This document shows, piece by piece, positions 18,095 through 27,044 of a stretch of 64,000 nucleotides of DNA. The DNA is from Vicinamibacteria bacterium (GTDB lineage Bacteria; Acidobacteriota; Vicinamibacteria; Marinacidobacterales; Marinacidobacteraceae). The stretch covers positions 1,024,001-1,088,000 of the forward strand of contig OZ219815.1 in NCBI GenBank assembly GCA_964291235.2. The letters run 5' to 3'. The notes beneath the pieces were generated by a model. It was not told the DNA's origin, did not search any database, and saw only the letters and a list, made by a program, of their open reading frames with translations. Position 1 is the stretch's first letter. The number at the start of each line of letters is the position of its first letter. Both the position numbers and the translations under genes were made by a program.

Positions 18095-21000
18095 GAGGGG
18101 TTGACCCTCCGGTCCTCCGGGGCGTTGCCTTCCCGGCTGAGCGCGACGGCCTCCAGCGCTGAAAGAGCCATCTGGAGGGATCCCAGCACTTCGGCCGGTC
18201 CGGCTCCGGGCGCCAGGGGAGAGCGGAAGGACCGGTCCTTCGACTCCGATTCGAAGCGCAGCGAGTCTCCCTCGCGGCTGACCGCGGTGTAGCCGAGAGC
18301 CTCGGCGCGGATCCGCAGGCGCACGTGCTGGAAGAGGAGCTCCACCTCCGCGGGCAGCGCCCCGAATCGGTCGCGCACTTCGTCGCGCAACCGGTCCAGG
18401 GTGTCGAGGTCCGCGGCGGAAGAGCATCGCTTGTAGAGCCACATGCGGCGCCGGACGTCTTCCAGCCAACGACCGGGAATGCGGAACTGGAAGCGGAGGT
18501 TCATCGTGCAGCGGGATCTGGGACGGTCGCCGCGGGCCTCGGCGACCGCTTCCTCGAGGAGCCGGTAGTAGAGGTCGAACCCTACCGCCTCCAGATGGCC
18601 GTGTTGCGCCGCGCCCAGCAGATTGCCGGCGCCGCGCAGTTCCATGTCGAGCGCGGCGATCCGGAAGCCGGCGCCCAGCTCGCTGAACTCGCGCAGCGCC
18701 GCGAGCCGTGGCTGCGCGGTGCCCGACAGGGGCGCGCCCTGGGGCACGAGCAGGTAGGCGTAGGCGCGCCGGGAGGATCGGCCGACGCGCCCCCGGATCT
18801 GGTAGAGCTGGGCGAGGCCGAACGCGTCGGCCCGGTTGACGAGCAGCGTGTTCACCCGCGGCAGGTCAATGCCGTTTTCGATGATCGTGGTGGTGAGCAG
18901 AATGTCCGCTTCGTGGTCCTGGAAGCGGATCAGGGTGCGCTCGAGGGTCGCTTCGCGCATCTGGCCGTGGGCGATGAGGATGCGAGCCTCGGGAACCAGG
19001 TTGTGAAGGAGTTTTTCCATCGCCGGCAGCGAGCGGACCCGGTTGTGAACGAAGTACACCTGCCCCTCGCGGGCGAGTTCGTGCCGGATGGCTTCCGCGA
19101 TGCGCTCCGCCTCGAACGGCAGCACGTGGGTCTGGATGGCCATCCGGTCCCGCGGGGCCGTTTCGATCACCGACATGTCGCGAATGCCGGAGAGCGACAT
19201 GTTGAGGGTCCGCGGGATCGGGGTGGCGGTCATCGCGAGGTGATCCACCTGTGGAGCCATCGCCTTCAGGCGCTCCTTGGCGGAAACGCCGAAGCGCTGT
19301 TCTTCGTCCACGATCAGCAGCCCGAGATCGCGGAAACCAACGTCCTTCGACAGGAGGCGATGGGTTCCGATGACGATGTCCACGGTTCCGTTCCGGATTC
19401 CGGCCACCACTTCCTTCTGCCGCTTGGGCGTGCGGAAGCGCGACAGCAGCGCCACCCGAATCGGGAACGGAGCGAATCGCTGTTCGAAGACGCGCGCGTG
19501 CTGGGCGGCCAGGACGGTCGTCGGCACCAGAACGGCGACCTGTTTCCCGTCCATCGCCGCCTTGAAGGCCGCGCGCAGCGCCACTTCGGTCTTCCCGAAT
19601 CCGACATCGCCCGCCAGCAACCGGTCCATCGGGGCGTCGGCCTCCATGTCCTCGAACACGTCGCGGATCGCCCTGGCCTGGTCGTCGGTCTCGGTCCATT
19701 CGAAGGTGTCCTCGAACTCCTCCATGCCGGGGATGTCGCGGGAAAACGCGTATCCGGCCACCCGCCGGCGTTCTGCATAGAGGCGGATGAGTTCTCCGGC
19801 GATGTCCCGCATCGCCTTCGCGACGCGCTTCCGCCGCCGGATCCAGCTCGTGCCGCCCAGCCGGTCGAGTGGCGGCGCTCCCGCCGCCGAGCCGGCCGTG
19901 TACTTCTCGAGCAGATCCAGCCGATCGACCGGCAGGAAGAGCTTCCCGCCCTTGGCATAGTGAATTTCCACGAGTTCGGGGGCGCTCTCTCCCTCCCCGA
20001 GACGCGTCATCCGTACGAACCGGCCGACGCCGTGATCGGTGTGGACCACCGGATCTCCCGGTTTCAGATCCCGGAAATCCGAAAGGAAACTCCCGGAGCC
20101 CGACCGGCGCCGGGGCGCCCGCGGCGGCGCGGCCACCATCGCGGCTCCGCTGATCACCTGGAGGTGAAGGTCCGGAACCTCGAAACCGGCGCTCAGGCGC
20201 CCGGCGTGGACGAAGACGCGGGGCGCCGCCGGCAGGGCGCCCGGCGTCGCGTCCGGCGCGGGGATCCCCGGGGCTTCGCCGGAATCCTGAATGCGGGCTC
20301 CCGCCTCTCGGGCGCGGGTGGCGAATCGCTCGGCGGCGCCCGTTCCGGGAACGAACACGTGCACCGAGCGGCGCGGATCGCCCGGCTGGCGCAACACCTC
20401 GAGAAACTCTCCGGTGCGGTTCCGGAAGGAATCGGTGGGCCGGGCCGGCAGGTCCCGGTTGTCCGCGGCGTCCGGCGCGGACGTTTCCAGTTCCCGGAGT
20501 TCGACCGCCCCGTGAGGAGGCGGCTCCTCCAGCCGGCGGCGGAGATCCTCCAACCCGATCAGGAGGGCCTCCGGCGGAGCCGCGGCGCGAGCCCGGAATT
20601 CCTTGGCCGCGAGCCGCGCATCCACGACGCGCGCCGTCTCCGCCTCGGCGGCCTCCCAGAACCGGTCCGGCTCGTCGAGCAAGAGTTCGGCGCCCTCGAG
20701 GTAGTCACCGATCCCGCTCTCGAATCCGGGAGAGCCCGGAACCCGGAACGCGGGATGGGGCCCTTGCTCGAGATCGGCCGCGATCCACTCCCACGAAGGG
20801 GGAGCCGCCACCGCTTCCGGCTGCGCCAGATGGTCGCCTCCTCGCTGGGTCTCCACCTCGAACTCCCGGATGCCCTCGATCCCCTCGAAGCCGAACTCGA
20901 CGCGCACGGGAAGGTCGCGGTTCACCGGAAAGAAGTCCACGATGCCGCCGCGGCGGGCGAAGTCCCCGGGACCGCTCACCGGATCCTCGTAGCGGTAGCC

Positions 21001-21510
21001 GGACGCGGTGAGTTGCGCGGCGATTCCCGCCGGCGAGGCGTCCATGCCCTGCCGAACCCGGATTTCCGCCTGGCGGAGACGGTCGGGTGCGGCAGTCCGG
21101 CAGAGCGCCCCGGCGGCCGAAGCGATGACGAGCGGCGGAACCTCGGGCGCCGCGCCGGCAAGCGCCGACAGGGCGGTGGCGCGCAGGGCCACCACCTCGG
21201 CGTGGGGAGCAACTTCCGCGTATGGATTCACCGCGGGACCGGGGAGGCGCAGAACCGGACGCGTTGCGCCGAGGGCCGCCAGGAGTACTTCGAGGTCGGC
21301 GGCGCTCGTGAGGAGGTCCTGGTTGTTCGCGGTCAGGAAGACCAGGGGTTTGGGGGATTCGCGCGCCCAGGCCGCCACCACCGCCAATCGGGCCGGGCCG
21401 AAAAGCCGCCCGATCCGGCGGACCCCGGCCGCCCGGCGCGTCCGGATGGCCGCGAGGAGGGTTTCGAAGCCCGGGGGTTCCTCCGTCACCCCCGAAAGGT
21501 CAGCGCTCAC
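18091..21510 (-). CDS. mfd: Transcription-repair coupling factor
   Basis: GDPVVHTDHGVGRF, MDRLLAGDVGFGKTEVA, DEEQRFGV, TATPIPRTL, QLYQIRGRVGRS and DMELRGAGNLLG motifs. GTG 21510 overlaps the upstream stop. Confidence 0.97.
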   Translation of the reverse strand: MSADLSGVTEEPPGFETLLAAIRTRRAAGVRRIGRLFGPARLAVVAAWARESPKPLVFLTANNQDLLTSAADLEVLLAALGATRPVLRLPGPAVNPYAEVAPHAEVVALRATALSALAGAAPEVPPLVIASAAGALCRTAAPDRLRQAEIRVRQGMDASPAGIAAQLTASGYRYEDPVSGPGDFARRGGIVDFFPVNRDLPVRVEFGFEGIEGIREFEVETQRGGDHLAQPEAVAAPPSWEWIAADLEQGPHPAFRVPGSPGFESGIGDYLEGAELLLDEPDRFWEAAEAETARVVDARLAAKEFRARAAAPPEALLIGLEDLRRRLEEPPPHGAVELRELETSAPDAADNRDLPARPTDSFRNRTGEFLEVLRQPGDPRRSVHVFVPGTGAAERFATRAREAGARIQDSGEAPGIPAPDATPGALPAAPRVFVHAGRLSAGFEVPDLHLQVISGAAMVAAPPRAPRRRSGSGSFLSDFRDLKPGDPVVHTDHGVGRFVRMTRLGEGESAPELVEIHYAKGGKLFLPVDRLDLLEKYTAGSAAGAPPLDRLGGTSWIRRRKRVAKAMRDIAGELIRLYAERRRVAGYAFSRDIPGMEEFEDTFEWTETDDQARAIRDVFEDMEADAPMDRLLAGDVGFGKTEVALRAAFKAAMDGKQVAVLVPTTVLAAQHARVFEQRFAPFPIRVALLSRFRTPKRQKEVVAGIRNGTVDIVIGTHRLLSKDVGFRDLGLLIVDEEQRFGVSAKERLKAMAPQVDHLAMTATPIPRTLNMSLSGIRDMSVIETAPRDRMAIQTHVLPFEAERIAEAIRHELAREGQVYFVHNRVRSLPAMEKLLHNLVPEARILIAHGQMREATLERTLIRFQDHEADILLTTTIIENGIDLPRVNTLLVNRADAFGLAQLYQIRGRVGRSSRRAYAYLLVPQGAPLSGTAQPRLAALREFSELGAGFRIAALDMELRGAGNLLGAAQHGHLEAVGFDLYYRLLEEAVAEARGDRPRSRCTMNLRFQFRIPGRWLEDVRRRMWLYKRCSSAADLDTLDRLRDEVRDRFGALPAEVELLFQHVRLRIRAEALGYTAVSREGDSLRFESESKDRSFRSPLAPGAGPAEVLGSLQMALSALEAVALSREGNAPEDRRVNPS

Positions 21511-22019
21511 CGGGGTCGTTCTTCCGCGGGGTCGGCGTCGTTTGTCAGTTCGAGGACCAGGCGAACGGCCTCGGCGGGCGAATCGGCGGCGACGGCTCCG
21601 GGCACGTTCCACCCTCCGGGAGGCTGCAGGACGGTGACCACCGGCTTGCCCAGCGTTTTCGCCATGGCGGCTTCGGAGAGGGTGCCGCTGGCCCCCGGCA
21701 GCGCGATGACGCCGTCCGCGGCCCGGACGACCAGAAAGTTGCGGAAGTGGCCGAGTCCGGTCGGAATGGCGCAGGTCACCCAGCGGTTCGCCTCCCGCCG
21801 GTCCTCTCCCGGGAGAATCCCGACCGTCAGGCCCCCCGCCCCCTGAGCGCCCCGGCAGGCGGCTTCCATCACGCCCCCGAGGCCGCCGCAGACCAGGCTC
21901 GCCCCGGCGAGAGCCAGCGCGCTTCCCACCGCTTCCGCCGCGCGAAGAGCCTCGGGAGCGGCCTCGGATCCCCCGATCACCGCGATCTGGCGGGCGAACG
22001 GACTCAGGCGGCGGCTCAC
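21507..22019 (-). CDS. TIGR00725/LOG(SLOG)-family protein
   Basis: IAVIGG, LVCGGLGGVMEAACRGA, TVGILPG, PTGLGHFRN and GTLSE motifs. Confidence 0.9.
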   Translation of the reverse strand: MSRRLSPFARQIAVIGGSEAAPEALRAAEAVGSALALAGASLVCGGLGGVMEAACRGAQGAGGLTVGILPGEDRREANRWVTCAIPTGLGHFRNFLVVRAADGVIALPGASGTLSEAAMAKTLGKPVVTVLQPPGGWNVPGAVAADSPAEAVRLVLELTNDADPAEERPR

Positions 22020-22090
22020 GATCTTTCCTCTGCTCCGGAAGGCGCCCGATCCTAACCGCGATCCCGCGGACCGCGCATCGCCCGACGAAC

Positions 22091-22395
22091 GCCCAGGAGC
22101 GCCCGCCCAGGAGCGCCAGCCAGGAGCGCCAGCCAGGAGCGCCAGCCAGGAGCGCCAGCCTCCGGCTGGCATCGCCGAGCAAAGCGAGGCGAAACTCCCA
22201 AACCCGTTCGCTCCCCACGGCCCGGACCCAGTCGGTGACGCGAAGACCTCCAATCTGCGAGAGGATGGCGCAGCGCTGCGTGTGCGGCGGTGTGACGATG
22301 CGCCGTCCCCGTTTGGATGGGTGCGGAGCGGCGGATTAAGGGGGGAGTTTCGCGGCCTGCGGCCGCGATGCCGGCCGGAGGCCGGCGCTCCTGGC
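22091..22395. repeat. Inverted pair of REP-like palindromes enclosing a long hairpin (REPIN-like), preceded by a 13-14 bp tandem repeat
   Basis: GCCAGGAGCGCCAGCCTCCGGCTGGCATCGC at 22145-22175 has an inverted counterpart at 22365-22395. (GC)CCAGGAGCGCC(A/C) occurs five times from 22091. Confidence 0.8.
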
Positions 22396-22455
22396 CTGGC
22401 GCCATTGCGGTTGCGCCGCCCTGACGGCTCATTTGCTGAGCGCGAACAAGAAATG

Positions 22456-22695
22456 GCGGCGAACCGCAGGTTCGTCGCCGGCGTGACCGGGGGGTTGGCG
22501 TGGAAGGGGGAACTCCCCCTTCCACAAGAAGGCAACCACGAATCGGAACTCGCCGCAGTGCGCGGCAGCGCACCAGGGAGTTGCGATTCCGGGCACGCAG
22601 TGCCCGGCGGTTGGGGACCGGGGCGCACTTCTGTCGGCCCCGATCTACGTTGCCTACAAGCACTTCGGCGCGCCCCGGTCCCCAACCGCTCCGGG
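22456..22695. repeat. Cluster of five consecutive inverted repeats in a divergent intergenic region
   Basis: Examples: GTGGAAGGGGG-aact-CCCCCTTCCAC, CCGGGCAC-gca-GTGCCCGG, and a 20-bp GCGGTTGGGGACCGGGGCGC stem with a perfect complement. Confidence 0.7.
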
Positions 22696-22720
22696 TCCCT
22701 TGCCTGCTAATCTGCCGTCG

Positions 22721-23824
22721 ATGCCCCCTCGCGCCCGTCCTCCCGTGCGGCGCGCCGAACGGCCGAAGCGTCCGCGCCTCGCCATCGAACGGATCTGGCC
22801 GCGACACGCCATCCCCGGGGGGCGGGTGGACATCAGCGGCCGCGGTTTCGCGGTGGATCAGGCTCTGCGCCTCCGGGTGTTCTTCGGCGATGAGGAAGCG
22901 CACCTGTTCCGCGTGTCTTCGACCCGTCTGGGGGTCCGGGTGCCCGAAGGGGCAGGCGATGACGTTCGCGTGTGCCTCAACGATCGGGAAACGGAGCCTC
23001 ATGGCGTCACCATCGGCCGCCTGTTCGCCGAGGACCTCCACATCGTGGCGAATCCGGTGTACGACCCGCGGGGCAATCTGTATTCGACGGTCAGCGGCCG
23101 GCGCGGCGAAAAGGTCCCTCATCCCATCTACCGATTGAGCGACGACGGCGATCCCGAGCCGATGGGCGAGGGCATCGTGAATCCCACCGGCCTGGCGTGG
23201 GGACCCGACGACACGCTGTATGTGTCCTCCCGCGAGGACGGGTGCGTCTATCGGATGGATGACGACGGCGAGTTCCAGGTTCTCGCCGAGGATCTCGGCT
23301 GCGCGACCGGGCTCGGGTTCTCTCCGACGGGCGACCTGGTGATCGGCGACCGCGACGGGACCCTGTACCGGGTTGACAGCGAAAACGACGTGAGCGTGTT
23401 CTCCCATCTGCGGGCCTCGGTCTCCGCCTATCACCTGGCCTTCAATTCGTCCGGTTACCTGTTCGTCTCCGGGCCCACCCTCTCCTCGCGCGACCAGATC
23501 GTCGAGTTTCGCCCGGACGGAGCGCCGTGCCGGGTGCATTCGGGCTTTGGCCGGCCCCAGGGCATCGCGTTCGATGACCGCGACCGCTGTTTCGTGGCCG
23601 AGGGGCTCGCCGGCGACGCCGGTCTCTTCCTTTTTACTCCGACCGGAGCGCGGCGGGTGATCGCTGCGCCGCCGCTCGTGGGGGTGGCCCTCAACGCGGA
23701 CCGCACGCTGGCGGTTGCGACCTCCGACGCCATCTATGAATTCGATCTGGATTCACCTTTTCTGCGCGGGTTCGCAGACGAGGAACCGGAGGACCGGGCA
23801 TGGAGCGAAGGACGAACCCAGTGA
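22721..23824 (+). CDS. IPT/TIG domain plus SMP-30/gluconolactonase/NHL-like beta-propeller protein
   Basis: IERIWPRHAIPGGRVDISGRGF (IPT-like), followed by NPTGLAWGPDDTLYVS and RPQGIAFD blades. Confidence 0.75.
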   Translation: MPPRARPPVRRAERPKRPRLAIERIWPRHAIPGGRVDISGRGFAVDQALRLRVFFGDEEAHLFRVSSTRLGVRVPEGAGDDVRVCLNDRETEPHGVTIGRLFAEDLHIVANPVYDPRGNLYSTVSGRRGEKVPHPIYRLSDDGDPEPMGEGIVNPTGLAWGPDDTLYVSSREDGCVYRMDDDGEFQVLAEDLGCATGLGFSPTGDLVIGDRDGTLYRVDSENDVSVFSHLRASVSAYHLAFNSSGYLFVSGPTLSSRDQIVEFRPDGAPCRVHSGFGRPQGIAFDDRDRCFVAEGLAGDAGLFLFTPTGARRVIAAPPLVGVALNADRTLAVATSDAIYEFDLDSPFLRGFADEEPEDRAWSEGRTQ

Positions 23825-25338
23825 TGCGGCGGTCAGCCGGAGCGGGCCTGCTGGCCGCGGGGCTGGCTCTGGCCGCGCCCGCGGCCGCACAGGACCTTCG
23901 CACCACCGTCGAGGGCCACGTGGACGAAAACCAGCAGGCGCTGGTGGCCGAGCTGGTCGAGGCGGTCTCCATCCCGTCGGTTGCCGCCGATACGCAGAAC
24001 ATCCGGAGGAAAGCGGAGTTTCTGGAGGCCGCGCTCGAGCGCCGCGGTTTCGCGGCCGAGCTTCTCGAGACCGACGGCAATCCGCTGGTCTTCGGCGAGC
24101 GCGCGGCCCCCGATGCGGAGCGCACGCTGCTCATCTATTTCCACTACGACGGCCAACCGGTGGACCCGGCCCGTTGGCAACAGGACGATCCGTTCGAACC
24201 GATTCTGCGTGAGGGCAGTCTTGCCGACGGCGCCGGACGCCTCGACCTCGGCGCCAGCGAGGTGTTCCGGCCCGACGACCGCATCTATGCGCGCTCCGTC
24301 GCCGACGACACCGCGCCGATCATCGCCTTCCTCGGCGCTCTGGACGCGCTCGATGCAGCGGCGGTAGCGGTCACCAGCAACCTGAAGGTGATCCTCGACG
24401 GCGAGGAGGAGGCCGGTTCGCCGAACCTGGTCCCCGCGATCGCCCGCTACGGAAGCCGGTTCGCCGCCGATTCGATGCTGATTCTGGACGGCCCGCTCCA
24501 CCAGAGCGGCCGGCCGACGGTCAGCTTCGGCGCCCGGGGGATCCTGACCCTGGAACTCGTCGTGTACGGGCCGCGCGTCCCGCTCCATAGCGGCCACTAC
24601 GGCAACTGGGCTCCGAATCCGGCGGTTCGCCTGGCGCAGCTCATCGCCTCGATGAAGGATGAGGGCGGCCGGGTCACGATCCCCGGGTTCTACGACGGCA
24701 TCGACTTCAGCTCCGAAGAGCGGCGCGCGCTGGCGGCAGTGCCGGACGATCTGCCGGCGCTGATGCAGTCGCTCGGGTTCGCGGAGGCCGATCGGGTGGG
24801 CGATTCGCTGCAGGAAGCGATCCAGTTCCCGTCTCTCAATGTGCGTGGGTTGTCGAGCGCGTGGGTGGGCGGCGATGCCCGCACCATCGTGCCGGCCACC
24901 GCGACGGCCGCTATCGACGTGCGGCTGGTGGCGGAAACACCCGCCGACGCGATGTTCGACAAGGTCCGCGACTTCATCGAGGGACAGGGCTGGTTCCTTC
25001 TGGATCGGGATCCGACCGACGCCGAGCGGCAGGAGCATGGCCGGCTCCTGCGCCTGACCCGCAGCGCCGGCACCAATGCCTTCCGGACCCCGCTCGACCA
25101 TCCGGTGGCGGCGCGGCTCATCGGGAGCCTCACCGAGATCTGGGGAGAGGAGCCGGTCCGGAAGCGGACGAGCGGCGGGACGGTGCCCATCGCCCCGTTT
25201 GTGGAGGCGCTCGGCGTTCCGGCGCTGATGGTTCCCACCGTGAACCACGACAACAACCAGCACAGCCCGAACGAGAACCTGCGCCTGGGGCACTTCTTTC
25301 GCTCCATCGTCAGCTTCGCCGCGATCCTCACGATGTGA
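23821..25338 (+). CDS. M20/M25/M40 family metallopeptidase, secreted
   Basis: YFHYDGQP, IYARSVADD, DGEEEAGSP, LHSGHYG and QHSPNEN motifs. Confidence 0.92.
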   Translation: MMRRSAGAGLLAAGLALAAPAAAQDLRTTVEGHVDENQQALVAELVEAVSIPSVAADTQNIRRKAEFLEAALERRGFAAELLETDGNPLVFGERAAPDAERTLLIYFHYDGQPVDPARWQQDDPFEPILREGSLADGAGRLDLGASEVFRPDDRIYARSVADDTAPIIAFLGALDALDAAAVAVTSNLKVILDGEEEAGSPNLVPAIARYGSRFAADSMLILDGPLHQSGRPTVSFGARGILTLELVVYGPRVPLHSGHYGNWAPNPAVRLAQLIASMKDEGGRVTIPGFYDGIDFSSEERRALAAVPDDLPALMQSLGFAEADRVGDSLQEAIQFPSLNVRGLSSAWVGGDARTIVPATATAAIDVRLVAETPADAMFDKVRDFIEGQGWFLLDRDPTDAERQEHGRLLRLTRSAGTNAFRTPLDHPVAARLIGSLTEIWGEEPVRKRTSGGTVPIAPFVEALGVPALMVPTVNHDNNQHSPNENLRLGHFFRSIVSFAAILTM

Positions 25339-25365
25339 CCGCCCGGCGGTAGTGCGCGTAAGCGG

Positions 25366-26475
25366 ATGACGGCCGGCCGCTCCTCCGGCGGGGAACCGAT
25401 TCCCCGAGGACTCCAGACGCCGGGGCCTACCCCGCTCCATCCCGAAGTAGCGGCGGCGATGGCCCAGCCGCTGATCTCCTACCGCGGGCCGGAGGCGCGG
25501 GCGTTGCTTCGCCGCATTGCCGAAGGGTTTTGCGAGTACCTCGGGACCGAGAGGCCGCCCGTATTGCTCACCGCGTCGGGAACGGGCGCCATGGAGGCGA
25601 CCGTCGCCAATCTGCTCTCCCCTGGCGATCCGGTGCTCGGAATCGGGGGCGGCCAGTTCGCGGAACGCTTCCTGGGCGTGGCGGAGGCCTTCGGGCTCGA
25701 TACCCGCAGCCTCGACACCCCGTGGGGCGAGGCTGCCGCACCGGAACGCCTCCGGGTAGCGCTCCGGGCCCACCCCGAGACGCGGGCGGTGCTGCTCACC
25801 CACTGTGAGACTTCCACGGGAGTGCTGCACCCGCTTCCCGAGCTGATCCGGGTCGTCCGCGAGGAGGGGGAGGCGCTGGTGCTGGTGGACGCCGTGTCCA
25901 GCCTGGGCGCGGTGCCACTCGCGCTCGATTCCTGCGACGCGGCCTTCACCGCCTCCCAAAAAGCGTGGGGGTTACCTCCCGGAATGGCCATGGTCTGGAC
26001 CTCCGGGCGCGCCGAGGCGGCGGAGCGGAAAGCCACGCTGCCCCGCTTCTACTGGAGCTTTTCCCGCTATCGGGAGTCGCTGGTCCGGGGCTCGGCGCCG
26101 TTCACCCCGGCGGTTCCGGTGCTGTTCGCGATGGAGGCCGGCCTCCGCCTGATGCTCCGCGAAGGACGCGAGGCGGTCGTCCGCCGTCACGCCGCCGCGG
26201 CGGCGGCTGCCCGCACCCGTTTGCAGAAGATGGGACTCCTCCTCGTCGCGGGCGACCAGACGGCGTCCAACACGGTCACCGCCGCCTGGCTGCCGGCGGG
26301 CGTCGCCTGGCCCGATCTCGCGCGGGACCTCCGGGAACGCCACGGCGTCGTCCTCGCGGGAGGCCTGGGACGCCTCGCCGGGAAGATCCTCCGCCTCGGC
26401 CACCTCGGCTGGACCACCGAGCGGGATGTCCACCGCGCCGCCGACGCCCTGGAGTCCTGCCTGCGCGGCACCTAG
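25366..26475 (+). CDS. Class V PLP aminotransferase (alanine/serine-glyoxylate type)
   Basis: TPGPT, ASGTGAME, HCETSTG, VDAVSSLG, TASQKA and LRLGHLG motifs. Confidence 0.93.
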   Translation: MTAGRSSGGEPIPRGLQTPGPTPLHPEVAAAMAQPLISYRGPEARALLRRIAEGFCEYLGTERPPVLLTASGTGAMEATVANLLSPGDPVLGIGGGQFAERFLGVAEAFGLDTRSLDTPWGEAAAPERLRVALRAHPETRAVLLTHCETSTGVLHPLPELIRVVREEGEALVLVDAVSSLGAVPLALDSCDAAFTASQKAWGLPPGMAMVWTSGRAEAAERKATLPRFYWSFSRYRESLVRGSAPFTPAVPVLFAMEAGLRLMLREGREAVVRRHAAAAAAARTRLQKMGLLLVAGDQTASNTVTAAWLPAGVAWPDLARDLRERHGVVLAGGLGRLAGKILRLGHLGWTTERDVHRAADALESCLRGT

Positions 26476-26658
26476 CAGCCTGTGGCAAAACCCCCGCGGC
26501 GTTCGACCGGCGATGCATCCCGGCTGAGCCACTCCGCTTCGCTTCGTTCTGCGTTGCGTTTCGGTCGAAATACACCCGGTATTCCTCCCTCACGCGCCTT
26601 GTCAGCCGGGCGCCTCACCCGTCTCGGCGCTCGCGCGGGTTTCACCACAGGCTGCTAG
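26472..26658. mobile_element. MITE (about 180 bp) with terminal inverted repeats, flanked by CTAG
   Basis: CTAG-CAGCCTGTGGCAAAACCC ... GGGTTTCACCACAGGCTG-CTAG; 20 of 22 positions are complementary, counting the CTAG. No transposase inside. Confidence 0.85.
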
Positions 26659-26671
26659 CGACCTGCGTTCC

Positions 26672-27031
26672 GTGTCAGGCCGGCTTTCCCCCTGTGCTTT
26701 CTTCGCGACCTGCGTCTGCAGCCGGGACGACGCGCGGGCGCGCCATCGCGTCGAGCCGTTTCAGGCATCAGAGGACCCGAACGCCGCGTTCGCCCGGCTG
26801 AAGCAGCTCGTGGCGAGCGCTCCGCGAACCGTGGTCGTTACCGCCGCGGACGACTATCTCCACGCCAGGTGCCGAACCCGGCTGGGGTTCGTGGACGACC
26901 TCGAGTTCCTGTTGTGTCCCGCCGAGCGGGTGATTCACGTCCGCAGCGCCTCGTACATCTCGCTTTTCACGGATTTCGGCGCGAACCGGCGGCGCGTCGA
27001 ACGGCTCCGCCGGCGCTTCGAGGGCCGTTAG
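26672..27031 (+). CDS. DUF1499-family protein (short N-terminus)
   Basis: GRLSPC...CVCS, YLHARCRTRLGFVDDLEF, IHVRSAS and DFGANRRRVE motifs. Confidence 0.8.
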   Translation: MSGRLSPCAFFATCVCSRDDARARHRVEPFQASEDPNAAFARLKQLVASAPRTVVVTAADDYLHARCRTRLGFVDDLEFLLCPAERVIHVRSASYISLFTDFGANRRRVERLRRRFEGR

Positions 27032-27044
27032 CTGCTCGGGAGCT

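Noticed and set aside
18325-21846. Long antisense ORFs (18325-21846, 8667-11144, 32581-35232, 41462-44140, 23833-25959 and ORFs over the PKS)
   Set aside because: They are shadow ORFs opposite well-supported genes, expected from high-GC codon bias, and show no recognisable motifs.
22189-22353. 6S RNA or integron attC annotation
   Set aside because: It lacks the usual zapA/ygfA/rny context and a clear large central bubble, has no RYYYAAC...GTTRRRY ends, and no integron integrase is present. Kept only as an unclassified structure.
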